DNA of 64,000 nucleotides from Limisphaerales bacterium (GCA_038249465.1 JBBRWD010000020.1:10191-74190), one strand, 5' to 3'; positions 52,546-62,080 are shown, counted from the first letter of the stretch. Numbers and translations are program-made. Notes: generated by a model not told the origin, from the sequence alone.

Positions 52546-53877
52546 ATGAAAACCAACATCGCTCACCAATCCAACGCCTCCGCCGACAATTCGCCATGCA
52601 TCCCGCAGCGCCTCCTTCCGGCCGCAGGGGCGGCAAGGTGCGGTGTTCGACGACCGCTCGCTTTCCTGATGCTGGTGCTGTTGTTGCTGCCTGCGGCAGT
52701 GCAAGCGCAATTCACTTACACGACCAACAACGGCACGATCACCATCACCGGCTACATCGGCCCCGGCGGGGTGGTGACTATTCCTAACGTGATCAATGGC
52801 CGACATGTCACCAGCATCGGAGACTACGCGTTCAACGGCCAATCCAGCCTCACCAACGTCACGATCGCCAACAGCGTCACCAATATTGGGAGCAGTGCGT
52901 TCATATCCTGCGCCAATCTGGCTAGTGTTCTGATTCCAAACAGCGTCATCCGCATCGAGGGCGGGGCGTTCATGCACTGCCGCAGCCTGACCAACGTCGA
53001 AATCCCCGCCAGCGTCGCCAGCATCTATTCGAGGACGTTCGAAGGCTGCACCAGCCTGACGGCGATCGAAGTGGATGCGGGCAACTCCGTGTATAGCAGT
53101 GTTGCTGGGGTGTTGTTCGACAAAAGCCAGACGAGCCTCCGGCAATGTCCGGGCGGCAGTGCCGGAACTTACACGGTCCCGAACAGCGTCACCTTCATTG
53201 CAGATTTCTCGTTCGCTTCATGTCACAGCCTAACGAACGTCATCATCCCCAGTAGCGTTACCGGAATCGGAAATCTAGCGTTCTCGTCCTGCACCAACCT
53301 GATCGGTGTATCAATCCCAGACAGCGTCACCTACCTCGGTGGCATGTCGTTCTACGGCTGCGCCAAACTGACCAGCGTTACGATTCCCAATAGCGTCCGA
53401 GGCTTGTCAGGCACGTTCGGACAGTGTGTAAGCCTTATCAGCGTCACAATCTCCAGCAACATGACCACGTTTGGCTCGGATGTATTCATAGGCTGTAGCA
53501 GCTTGACCGGTGTCTACTTCCGAGGAAACGCCCCCACCATCATTACTTGGGGTGTTTTTGACGGTGCTACCAACGCGACCGTCTATTACCTGCCGGGAAC
53601 CACGGGCTGGGGTCCGACGTATTCCGGTCGCCCGACCGTGCTGTGGAACACAAAGATGCAGACCAGCGACGCCAGCTTCGGTGTGCGGACGAATCAATTC
53701 GGATTCACCATCACCGGCACCAGCAACCTGGTGATCGTGGTGGAAGCCTGCACGGACCTGGTCAATCCCGCGTGGTCTGTGCTGGGAACCAACACCCTCA
53801 CCGGAGGCTCGTCCTACTTCAGCGACCCGCAGTGGACGAATCACCCTGCCCGTTTCTACCGCCTCCGCTCGCCGTGA
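52546..53877 (+). CDS. secreted leucine-rich repeat (BspA-type) protein with C-terminal beta-sandwich tail
   Basis: ORF 52192..53877 trimmed to MKTNIAHQ, because the upstream part crosses repeat R2. Signal LAFLMLVLLLLPAAVQA. About 23-residue repeats of form IPNSVTxIGxxAFxxCxxLTSV. The tail ends RFYRLRSP. Confidence 0.85.
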   Translation: MKTNIAHQSNASADNSPCIPQRLLPAAGAARCGVRRPLAFLMLVLLLLPAAVQAQFTYTTNNGTITITGYIGPGGVVTIPNVINGRHVTSIGDYAFNGQSSLTNVTIANSVTNIGSSAFISCANLASVLIPNSVIRIEGGAFMHCRSLTNVEIPASVASIYSRTFEGCTSLTAIEVDAGNSVYSSVAGVLFDKSQTSLRQCPGGSAGTYTVPNSVTFIADFSFASCHSLTNVIIPSSVTGIGNLAFSSCTNLIGVSIPDSVTYLGGMSFYGCAKLTSVTIPNSVRGLSGTFGQCVSLISVTISSNMTTFGSDVFIGCSSLTGVYFRGNAPTIITWGVFDGATNATVYYLPGTTGWGPTYSGRPTVLWNTKMQTSDASFGVRTNQFGFTITGTSNLVIVVEACTDLVNPAWSVLGTNTLTGGSSYFSDPQWTNHPARFYRLRSP

Positions 53878-53884
53878 GGCGCGG

Positions 53885-54049
53885 ACGACAACGATTTGGA
53901 GTGCGGTGACTTGTCACCGCCTTCATCGCCGGGCCGACTTGTCGGCCAGGCAGAGCCGCGTCCAGCGGCTCGAACTCATGTCACGCGCGCGGCAGTTCAA
54001 CGGCGACAAGTCGCCTGCCGAAAGCGGCGAGAACTCGCCGCACTCCAAA
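53885..54049. mobile_element. MITE-like element, family M1, copy 2 (165 bp)
   Basis: Starts 8 nt after the LRR gene stop. TIRs tttggagtgcggtgacttgtcaccgc and gcggcgagaactcgccgcactccaaa are 22/26 complementary by hand. Confidence 0.8.
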
Positions 54050-54202
54050 GCGTGGTGGTGGCGCGAATTGCGTTGCGCCTATCCGCCTTCATCCATGGTT
54101 TACGAGTTCCTTGTTTGATTCGAACTGCAGGGCGCAAGCCTGCCCTGCCCCTCTGGAACGCGCGGCTGGGCAACGCGCCGCGCGTTCGCTAGCCTTCGGG
54201 CC

Positions 54203-55432
54203 ATGTCGCAACTGCGGGTCATCATTGTCGGGGGCGGCGCGGCGGGCATCTTCGCCGCCATCACCTGTGCCGAGCGCGCACCTGGCGCCGCGGTGCTGGT
54301 GCTGGAGAAGGGGCCGCAGTTCCTCGCCAAGGTGCGCATTTCCGGCGGTGGTCGCTGCAACGTCACGCACGCGTGTTTCGACCCGCGGGAATTCGCGACG
54401 CGTTATCCGCGGGGCGGACGCGCGCTGCTCGGGCCGTTCCACCGCTTTCAAGCCCGCGACACCGTGGCCTGGTTTGAGTCGCGCGGCGTGAAGCTGAAGA
54501 CCGAGGGCGATGGCCGGATGTTCCCAGTGACCGACTCGTCGCAAACCATCATCGACGGCCTGCTCGACGCCGCGCGCGCGGCCGGGGTGGAACTGCGCGC
54601 CAACACCGGTGTCGAGCGCATCGTGCGGCGCGCGGAAGGCGGCTTCGATCTGAAGCTGACTTCCGGCGCAATGCTTTCCTGCGATCGCCTGCTCCTCGCC
54701 CTGGGCGGCTGCCGCACCGCGGCGCTGGGGCAACTCGCGGTTTCGCTTGGACACATGCTCGAAGCGCCCGTGCCGTCGCTGTTCGCCTTTCACATTGAAA
54801 CGCCGTGGTTGCGCGAACTCGCCGGCATCTCGGTCGAGACCGTGGAAGTGTCCGTGCCGGGCACGGATCTCGTTGAGCGCGGTCCGCTGCTGATCACCCA
54901 TTGGGGCGTGAGCGGTCCGGCGGTGCTGCGTCTCTCGGCCTGGGGTGCGCGCGTGTTGCACGAGCGCGACTACCGGTTCCCGCTCCGGGTGAACTGGCTT
55001 CCGCAACTCAGCGACGATGCGATTCTGGCGGAGTTCGCCGCAAGACGACAAGGGCAAGGCGCGCGTTGCGTGGTCAACGCGCCGATCGCCCCGCTGTCCG
55101 CACGCCTGTGGGAGCGATTGGTCGCGGCGGCGGGCCTGGGACGCGAGCAGCGCTGGGCCGATCTCTCCCGCCCCGCACAGCAGCAACTCTTGCGGCAACT
55201 CACGGACACGGAATTGCCGGTGGCGGGCAAGAGCCTGAACAAGGATGAGTTTGTGACCTGCGGCGGCGTGCGGCTTGGCGAGGTGCATTTCAAGACGATG
55301 GCGAGCCGCCTTTGTCCGGGATTGTTTTTCGCGGGCGAGATGCTCGACATCGATGGGATCACCGGCGGATTCAACTTCCAGGCGGCGTGGACCACCGGTT
55401 TCCTGGCCGGCGAGGCGATGGCGGCGCCGTGA
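54203..55432 (+). CDS. NAD(P)/FAD-dependent oxidoreductase, BaiN/HI0933-like flavoprotein
   Basis: RVIIVGGGAAGIFAAITCAE is a dinucleotide fold. KVRISGGGRCNVTH and GEMLDIDGITGGFNFQAAWTTG are typical of this family. Confidence 0.85.
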   Translation: MSQLRVIIVGGGAAGIFAAITCAERAPGAAVLVLEKGPQFLAKVRISGGGRCNVTHACFDPREFATRYPRGGRALLGPFHRFQARDTVAWFESRGVKLKTEGDGRMFPVTDSSQTIIDGLLDAARAAGVELRANTGVERIVRRAEGGFDLKLTSGAMLSCDRLLLALGGCRTAALGQLAVSLGHMLEAPVPSLFAFHIETPWLRELAGISVETVEVSVPGTDLVERGPLLITHWGVSGPAVLRLSAWGARVLHERDYRFPLRVNWLPQLSDDAILAEFAARRQGQGARCVVNAPIAPLSARLWERLVAAAGLGREQRWADLSRPAQQQLLRQLTDTELPVAGKSLNKDEFVTCGGVRLGEVHFKTMASRLCPGLFFAGEMLDIDGITGGFNFQAAWTTGFLAGEAMAAP

Positions 55433-55449
55433 GGCGAAGGCGCCATTGG

Positions 55450-55603
55450 GACGCATCTGCGCACTGCCCCGGCGCGCGGCCTTCAGGCCGCTTCGATAGG
55501 CGGCGGGACAAGGTGCCATCATTGGCTGGCGAGCTTGAGCACCGGGAAGCGACGTAAACGTCGCGGTCCAACCCGGTTGCACCCTGGCCAGCCAGAATGC
55601 GCC
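55450..55603. mobile_element. MITE-like element, family M2, copy C
   Basis: The left end gacgcatctgcgcactgccccggcgcg and the internal gaagcgacgtaaacgtcgcg..tccaacccggttgc match copy A. The right terminal repeat is decayed. Confidence 0.65.
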
Positions 55604-55669
55604 CGCGCCATTTCGTCCCGGCATTTCTTGTTGGCAAAGCCCTGACCGGCCAACCACTATCGTCGCAAA

Positions 55670-57919
55670 ATGGACTGGCTTCAGAGCATCGACAACGCAG
55701 GCTTTCACTTCATCAATGGGTCGCTCAGCAATCACTGGTGCGACGCGGTGGCGCCGTCATTGAGCTGGAATTCGTACTTCATGCCCACCGTCCTGCTCCT
55801 CTGCACGCTGCTCCTCTGGCGCGGCGGCACGCGCGGACGGCTCTTCGTGCTGATGCTGGCGCTGGCGCTGATGCTCGGCGAGGGATTGCTCATCGAGCCG
55901 CTGAAACAGGCGGTCGGACGCCCGCGACCATTTATGACGCTGACGGAGCTGAATCTCCTCGCCGGCAAGAGCAGCATCTATCGCAGCATGCCCTCGGGTC
56001 ACTCCAGCATCTGGTTTGCGGCGGCGATGGTCTCGTTCATCTTCTACCGCAAATCGTGGCGGTTCATGCTGCCCATCGCGTGTCTCATCGCGGTGTCGCG
56101 CGTCTATCTCGGGGTGCATTATCCGAGTGATGTCGTCGCCGGAGCGATTCTCGGGGCAGGCTATGCCGTGGCCGTATTGTGGCTGGCGCAGGCGTTCTGG
56201 CAAACGGCGGGCGCGAAGATCTTTCCCATCTGGCAGGCGCAACTGCCGGTGCTGGTGCCCCTCAAGGGCGAACCGCTGGTGTTTCATCCCGCGCCGGCCG
56301 GCATCGATCCGCGCGAGGACGATCGCCAGTGGCTATGGCTGGGCTACGCGTTCACCATCGTGATGCTGCTCTTCCGCTTCTGGTATCTCGCCAGCGGCAT
56401 CATCGATCTGAGCAAGGACGAAGCCTATCAGTGGGTCTGGTCGAAGAACCTCGCGCTGTCGTATTTCAGCAAGCCGCCGATGATCGCGCTGATTCAATTT
56501 GCCGGCACATCAATCTGGGGCGACAGCGCGTTCGGCGTGCGCTTCTTCTCGCCGGTGTTCGCCGCCTTGCTGAGCTGGGTGATGCTGCGCTTCATGGCGC
56601 AGGTCTCGACCGCGCGCCTCGGCTTCTTGATGCTGCTGATGGTTTCCGCCGCGCCGATGATGTCCGCCGGCGCGATTCTCATGACCATCGATCCGCCGCT
56701 GGTGCTGTGCTGGGTGGTGGCCATGGTGGCCGGCTGGCGGGCGGTGCAATCCGACGGCGCCACGCGTCACTGGCTCCTGGTGGGATTGTTCATGGCGCTG
56801 GGTTTCCTGTCCAAGTACGCCCAGGCATTTCAAATTATTTGCTGGGTGTTGTTCTTCGTCCTGTATGCGCCAGCGCGGATGCATCTGCGGAAGCCCGGCC
56901 CCTACCTCGCGCTGCTCATCAATCTGCTGGCCACGATTCCCGTGATCATCTGGAACTCTCAGCATGATTGGATCACCGTCTCGCATGTGGCGTCGAATGC
57001 CGGGGTGAATGAGAAGTGGGTGCCGACGCTGCGCAACTTCTGGGACTTCGTCGGCGCCCAACTGGGGCTGCTCAATCCGGTGTTCCTGGTGGCCGCGCTC
57101 TGGGCGATGGTCGCCTTCTGGCCACGACGCCGGGAACGTCCACTCTGGCTTTATCTCTGTTGCATGGGCGCGCCGGTGTTCATGGGCTACTGGCTGTTCA
57201 CGTTCTACAACCACGTCATGCCGAACTGGATCGCGCCCGCCGTGGTCCCGATGTTCACGCTGGCGGCGCTCTTCTGGTACGAGCGTTATCGCGAAGGCCA
57301 AACCTCGGTGCGCCATTTCTACAATGCCGGTCTGATCTTCGGCCTCGTGGTCGTGGTCATCGCGCATGACACCAACTTCATCGGGCGCCTGCGCGGCTGG
57401 CCGCTGCCGCCGGAGCGCGATCCGACGCGGCGGACTCGCGCCTGGCCCGAGACCGCTGCGGCCGTCAACGCGGCGCGCAAGAAGCTGGAGAGCGAAGGCC
57501 GGCCCACCTTCGTCATCGCCGATCACTACGGCATGACCGGCGAGCTTTCGATGTACATCCCCGAGGCGCGCGCCGCCGCGGCCACAAAGATGCCGCTGGT
57601 TTACTCGGTCATTTATTATCCGCCGCGCGATCAGTTCTATTTCATCCCGAAATACCGCTACGAAAAATTCCGCCGCGGCCACAGCGCGATCTATGTCACC
57701 GAGTACGATCAGCACCCGCTGGTGCATGATTGGTTCCAGCGCTGGTGGCGCGGCGACATCATGAATCTCAAGGCCGCGCGAGACGCCACCCCGCCCATGA
57801 TGATCCCATTGATCGGTGACCAGTTCGAAAGCGTGAAGGATCTCGGCATGGTCGAGGTGCAGAAAGACGGCCGCACCTTCAGCCGCCTGCGCCTTTTCGA
57901 ATGCCGCAACCTGCGCTGA
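55670..57919 (+). CDS. fusion protein: PAP2 phosphatase + GT-C glycosyltransferase (ArnT/PMT, GT39/83-like)
   Basis: All three PAP2 motifs are present: KQAVGRPRP, PSGHS, SRVYLGVHYPSD. They are followed by the ArnT/PMT-like SKDEAYQWVWSKNLALSYFSKPP and about 12 further TM segments. Confidence 0.85.
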   Translation: MDWLQSIDNAGFHFINGSLSNHWCDAVAPSLSWNSYFMPTVLLLCTLLLWRGGTRGRLFVLMLALALMLGEGLLIEPLKQAVGRPRPFMTLTELNLLAGKSSIYRSMPSGHSSIWFAAAMVSFIFYRKSWRFMLPIACLIAVSRVYLGVHYPSDVVAGAILGAGYAVAVLWLAQAFWQTAGAKIFPIWQAQLPVLVPLKGEPLVFHPAPAGIDPREDDRQWLWLGYAFTIVMLLFRFWYLASGIIDLSKDEAYQWVWSKNLALSYFSKPPMIALIQFAGTSIWGDSAFGVRFFSPVFAALLSWVMLRFMAQVSTARLGFLMLLMVSAAPMMSAGAILMTIDPPLVLCWVVAMVAGWRAVQSDGATRHWLLVGLFMALGFLSKYAQAFQIICWVLFFVLYAPARMHLRKPGPYLALLINLLATIPVIIWNSQHDWITVSHVASNAGVNEKWVPTLRNFWDFVGAQLGLLNPVFLVAALWAMVAFWPRRRERPLWLYLCCMGAPVFMGYWLFTFYNHVMPNWIAPAVVPMFTLAALFWYERYREGQTSVRHFYNAGLIFGLVVVVIAHDTNFIGRLRGWPLPPERDPTRRTRAWPETAAAVNAARKKLESEGRPTFVIADHYGMTGELSMYIPEARAAAATKMPLVYSVIYYPPRDQFYFIPKYRYEKFRRGHSAIYVTEYDQHPLVHDWFQRWWRGDIMNLKAARDATPPMMIPLIGDQFESVKDLGMVEVQKDGRTFSRLRLFECRNLR

Positions 57920-57939
57920 GTTTCAAGAATCTGCCCGCC

Positions 57940-58014
57940 GAAGCGGCGTCTCGGCAGAGCGCCGTCATCTGGAGAGCGAGAGAAGAGTGCGGCGGTCTGC
58001 CGACACGCCGCTAC
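57940..58014. repeat. REPIN-like inverted REP doublet, family R1
   Basis: Arms gaagcggcgtctcggcagagcgccg (57940..57964) and gcggcggtctgccgacacgccgctac (57989..58014). The CTA at 58011..58013 is the stop of the convergent gene. Confidence 0.8.
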
Positions 58015-59441
58015 GGTCGTTTTGTTTGAACTGGCACGCTCGAAAGGCGCCGGCCGTTCACGATGAGGTCCAGCCGCGTGACCAGTGTGGCGCCGAGCGA
58101 GCCATTCCAGATCTCGTTGCCGAACCAGACACCCTGCACCTCGCTTTGCAGTCCCAGACCGCGCCGGATCGCGTCATCAAGAAACGACTTTAAGTTGATG
58201 CGGGGCGGGGCGCCACGAAAGCCCGCGATGCGATATTGAAATTCGTTGTCACCTGTCGGCGTTGGCACAAAGCCGAAGTCGCGATAGCCATCGTTGAGCG
58301 TCTTCACGTCGGAAGCCTTGCCGTACCAATCGAACCAGATGGCCACTCGACCGGCTGGCTTCAGCGGCAGGACGACCACGAGATTGTGATCTCCCTGATC
58401 GTTTTCCAGCCGAGTCACCGCGTCCATTTCCAGTTCAAGCGACTTCAGGGCTGCGACGGCAACTGGTTCGAAACCACCCTGGGGCGCGCCTGGCCACAGG
58501 GCATTCACGCCCACACCCACACCGGCCGCGGTGGGCGACTTGCTGGCGGAACTGCGCCGATTCCAGTGCCAGCCGCAGGTGCCATCGCGATGCCGGTAAA
58601 TGGTCTGCTCGTAATTGGCCTGCGGCTCGCCGGAAATCGACTTCACCTCGCTGAGCACCCTGAACTCGCCGGGCAGAGCGACAGTCGAGAGACCCATCCG
58701 AGGACTGTCCGCCGCGCGCTGTGTCTTCTCCTCGGCGCGCACGCGCGGCCAATCCACGCTGCCCGCCGGCAGACGGCGCACGGTGAATTCATTCACGCGC
58801 ACCCAATGCTCTTCGTTGGCCGGTCCGTTGTAGAAATGGAGGCTGGCGTTGGGGTTGCCTTTCACCGGAAGATCGCATTCGCCGACGTCGCGCCATTCGC
58901 GCCAGGGCGCGGTGCGAAACTGGCCGCGCACCAGATTCTTGAAGGCCTGCAATCGCAGTTCGACCGTGCAGGCATCGAGCGGGATGATCGCCACGGTGCG
59001 CGCGCGATCGTTTTCCTCGCGGCCCATGACGATGGAGAGCCGGCCGGTGACGAGTTCCTGGCCGAGCTTCACCATGTTGCCGGCATCGTAATACCACACG
59101 AGGTTGGCCTGCTCCCATTGCGCCGAGGGTAGGTTGCTGACGGTGACGGCGATCTCGATGGGCGCGTCGGCGGGCGCAGGAATCGGATGCACCATGACGT
59201 TGCGGGCGTTGTTGCCGCCGCCCCACATCCCGCCGGGCTGCACGCGCACTTCGAGTCCTCGGGGACCGGTTCGCCAATGGGCGCGTTCCTCGCGCTCGAA
59301 GGTCCAGCCCTCGCCGAGATGACCTTGGAAATCGTCGCGATAAATCAGTTCGCCGGGCCCGCCTTGGCCTGCGGAGGCGACCACGGAACCGAGGAACACG
59401 AGAAGGCTGGCCAGGCTGAAAAGAGGAGTTGTCGTCTTCAT
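58011..59441 (-). CDS. hypothetical secreted protein with N-terminal concanavalin-A-like (DUF1349-like) domain
   Basis: ORF trimmed to MKTTTPLFSLASLLVFLGSVVASA (signal peptide). AQWEQANLVWYYDAGNMVKLGQE resembles the QAGL..Y.D..N..KL signature of LamG/DUF1349-type domains. The C-terminal half is beta-rich; WFGNEIWNG bears a weak GH12-like resemblance. Confidence 0.65.
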   Translation of the reverse strand: MKTTTPLFSLASLLVFLGSVVASAGQGGPGELIYRDDFQGHLGEGWTFEREERAHWRTGPRGLEVRVQPGGMWGGGNNARNVMVHPIPAPADAPIEIAVTVSNLPSAQWEQANLVWYYDAGNMVKLGQELVTGRLSIVMGREENDRARTVAIIPLDACTVELRLQAFKNLVRGQFRTAPWREWRDVGECDLPVKGNPNASLHFYNGPANEEHWVRVNEFTVRRLPAGSVDWPRVRAEEKTQRAADSPRMGLSTVALPGEFRVLSEVKSISGEPQANYEQTIYRHRDGTCGWHWNRRSSASKSPTAAGVGVGVNALWPGAPQGGFEPVAVAALKSLELEMDAVTRLENDQGDHNLVVVLPLKPAGRVAIWFDWYGKASDVKTLNDGYRDFGFVPTPTGDNEFQYRIAGFRGAPPRINLKSFLDDAIRRGLGLQSEVQGVWFGNEIWNGSLGATLVTRLDLIVNGRRLSSVPVQTKRP

Positions 59442-59564
59442 GGGCGTCAGGCGTTTGGTGATGGATTGGCATTCTGGGCGACGGCCGTGCGGAGGCAAAT
59501 CAATAAACTGGCCGTCGGCATTGGGCCAGGGGTATTTCTCCGGCACCGTGACCCGCGCGTCTCG

Positions 59565-60521
59565 TCAAACTTGGGGTACACCTGAGGGAGCTTCCCGATG
59601 GATCGCTCCCACGATTGGAGGCCAATCGCTTGGCCAGCTTTCGCCAGAGCGCGACGGTCTTTTGCCGATTCGCCTCACTCTCCCACGCGACGGCTTCGAG
59701 GAGTCATAGTCCGAGAAGTTCGCATCCTTCCCCTGCCCACCGGGAGCGGCATGCAGGTCGAGGATCCGATACAGGCGATTCGCCTTGCAGCACGCGAGGA
59801 GATGGTCGGTCAGCGTGAAACCCGCCGTCAGCCAGGTAGCGCCGCCTTGGACCGGCTCCTCCTCAATCGGCAGGGTGAAGAGGTTGTAGTGCATCGGCAG
59901 ACGGATGCTGTGGGAACCTGATTTTGCCAGCAAATCCACGTCCGCCCGCGTCATGTGATTCCGCAGCCAGATCTTCGCTGCGGGATGGCTGGGCAGGAGA
60001 TGGATTCCTTGCAGCTTCAGTGCGGGTAACTCGACCGGCGCCGGCGGGGGAACGATGACCGGCGGATTCGTGGCCTGCGGTGGAGGCGGCAATTCCTTCG
60101 CCACCAGTCTGGGGGCGGCCTGGAACGGTGCCGGTGCTGGTAGCTGCCCCGCCGCCACCACCACCATCACGCCGCAACCGAGAGCGACCCAACCCCAGTA
60201 GCGCCGGGTGAATACCGAGGTTGCACACTCCGGCGGCGCGATGTCGCCGGGTTGTTGGGGAACGAAGACCGAGTTAGGGACGTCGCTCTCAACTTCCTCG
60301 ACTTCAGCCTCAGGCTGACGCAGCAACAACACGCCGGTGGCGACCAGCACGCCAGCAAGGCACCAGACGACGATTTCACGATGGGCGATGAAACCGGAGC
60401 CTTGTGCGACGCCGATGCCAAACAAACCGATGACCGATGCGGCCACACCAAAGCGCGCATGAATCCGCATGTTGAGCAGCCATTTCCAGAACTTCAGATG
60501 GTGTCCGGTTTCCGGCATCAT
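59565..60521 (-). pseudogene. membrane-anchored GH5-like glycoside hydrolase remnant (frameshifted and truncated)
   Basis: TM segments and a Pro-rich linker precede the GH5-like MTRADVDLLAKSGSHSIRLPMHY...LYRILDLHAAPGGQG. The expected continuation LWESEANRQKTVALWRKLAKRLA is readable only in another frame (about 59615..59685). The ORF stops near a degenerate NEP position (IHREAP), and the second half of the barrel is absent. Confidence 0.5.
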
Positions 60522-60769
60522 TGCTCTCGATTGAGGAACATCGCGTGACATTGCCAAACGCAATCCGCCCTTGCCGGGTCTGCTGGTGCCAAAGGCACAG
60601 CCATCGACTGGTCCGCCGGCTTGGACGCGGGAGGATTTGTCAGCGCACCCGCAGCCTTTCCTGAGTTGAGGATCCACCAATGCACACCGGTAACTTCGGA
60701 ACGCTCCCGGCGCAGATGAATCGCGCGATTGGGGGATGCGCTGGCGGACTGAGAAATGCGGATCCTGAA

Positions 60770-61486
60770 TCAGCCAGGACCGGACGAAGGATGTCCGAGG
60801 AATTTAAGGATGGCTTCCGTGCGCGAGTGGACGTGGAGTTTGTCGTAGATGTTGCTGATGTGATGTCGCACGGTTTCCCAAGTGATATTGAGCGCGCCCG
60901 CCACCTCCTTGACTGACATGCCTCCTGCCAGTTTGGAGAGAACCTCGTGCTCGCGGGCGGAGAGACTCTGCAACTCCAGCACGGCGTTCAAACGCGCCGG
61001 TCTCATGGCACCCGTCTGGCCGGTGTGGAAACAATCCAGCACTCGCCGGGCAATCGGTGCGGAAATCGGCGCGCCGCCGGCCAGAATTTCACGGGTGGCC
61101 TGGAGCACTTCCGCGCAACTCGACGGCTTCAAAAGGTAACCGTCTGCGCCAGCCATGATGGACTGGAACACGCTCTCCTCGTCCGACTGCCCGGTCAGCA
61201 TCACCACCCGGACCTCCGGCAACGCGGATTTCAGGGCGCTGACGCATTCGATCCCGGAGATGCCGGGCAGTTTGATATCCATCAGCACCACATCCGGCGC
61301 GCAACGCGGGAGTTCCCGCAAGGCCGACTCCCCGTCAGGCAATGCAGCTACCACCGTCATGTTGCGCACCTTGGCAAACACCGCCTTGAGTGCCGCTCTC
61401 ACGGCATCGTCGTCGTCCACAATCGCCACGCGAAATCCTGCGGGCGTTGCCGTGCTTCCGTCCGGCGACTGGTGATGCGCATCCAT
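60770..61486 (-). CDS. response regulator transcription factor, NarL/FixJ (LuxR-type HTH) family
   Basis: REC domain: RVAIVDDDD, VVLMDIKLPGISG, VVMLTGQ, GYLLKP. HTH: LSAREHEVLSKLAGGMSVKEVAGALNITWETVRHHISNIYDKL. Confidence 0.9.
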   Translation of the reverse strand: MDAHHQSPDGSTATPAGFRVAIVDDDDAVRAALKAVFAKVRNMTVVAALPDGESALRELPRCAPDVVLMDIKLPGISGIECVSALKSALPEVRVVMLTGQSDEESVFQSIMAGADGYLLKPSSCAEVLQATREILAGGAPISAPIARRVLDCFHTGQTGAMRPARLNAVLELQSLSAREHEVLSKLAGGMSVKEVAGALNITWETVRHHISNIYDKLHVHSRTEAILKFLGHPSSGPG

Positions 61487-61536
61487 TTTCGAGGCCCGTG
61501 AAAATGAACCGCGGCGATTCGCACGTCAAGAGGAAG

Positions 61537-61575
61537 GCCGGCCGGGTGAGGCCGGCCGGGTGCGCCGGCCGGGTG
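61537..61575. repeat. three direct copies of GCCGGCCGGGTG upstream of the response-regulator gene
   Basis: Units at 61537..61548, 61551..61562 and 61564..61575 (13-14 bp period), 51-89 bp upstream of the ATG at 61486 (minus strand). Confidence 0.8.
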
Positions 61576-61819
61576 AAGCCGATGGAAAGGTTGGCGGGCA
61601 CACTCACAATTCGCCCGGCACGCTCAAAGCCTTGATTTATGATTTGCGTTGTGCGTTGCGGAGCCATGGCGATGGCCGAACTTGGAAAGGGCGATCACAT
61701 CTGAAAGCGAGCCTCCCAACTAATCGATTTCTCGCTCAAGCCGCGGCGGTCTGCGCGGTGGCGGCGGGTGCGCCGGCGACGTACTGCCCAGGCAGTGGGA
61801 TGGACGACACCCGGGCTGG

Positions 61820-61897
61820 GTAGGGCGCGTCTGTCCCAGCGCGCCGCGAACCACTCCCAGCCAACCCGACGGCGCGCTGGGGACAGACGCGCCCTAC
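61820..61897. repeat. REPIN-like inverted REP doublet, family R2
   Basis: Arms gtagggcgcgtctgtcccagcgcgccg (61820..61846) and cggcgcgctggggacagacgcgccctac (61870..61897) are perfectly complementary apart from one extra g. The spacer is 23 nt. Confidence 0.85.
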
Positions 61898-62080
61898 GCG
61901 TGCGGGTTGGGACCAAGCGTCTTCGGGTAGCCCATCCCAAGGTCTTGTCAGTAAGGAGACTCAATTCCCCAGCGAATCCGGCACGGTCAACGCCTCCTCA
62001 CGTCGGCGCCTACAGTTTTGAGACAGTCTCTGCCGAGACGCTGCTACGGGCTTTCCCATTCCGCAATCCGCGATCAAATC

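Noticed and set aside
53896-54192. Small ORFs that translate repeat elements: MECGDLSPP.. at 53896, MRGLARALG.. at 6019, ..PSPPLRAGGEGG.. at 19134, ..HCPGARPSGRFDRR.. at 55312, and MRRSADTPLR at 57987.
   Set aside because: The same peptides recur only because the underlying DNA is a palindromic repeat present in both orientations. They lie in intergenic positions, have no start context, and their frame is not conserved between copies.
58011-59441. Calling the C-terminal half of this secreted protein a GH12 glycoside hydrolase.
   Set aside because: The call would rest only on a short resemblance (WFGNEIWNG) to GH12 catalytic-strand patterns from memory. No second catalytic motif could be placed, so the gene is left as hypothetical.
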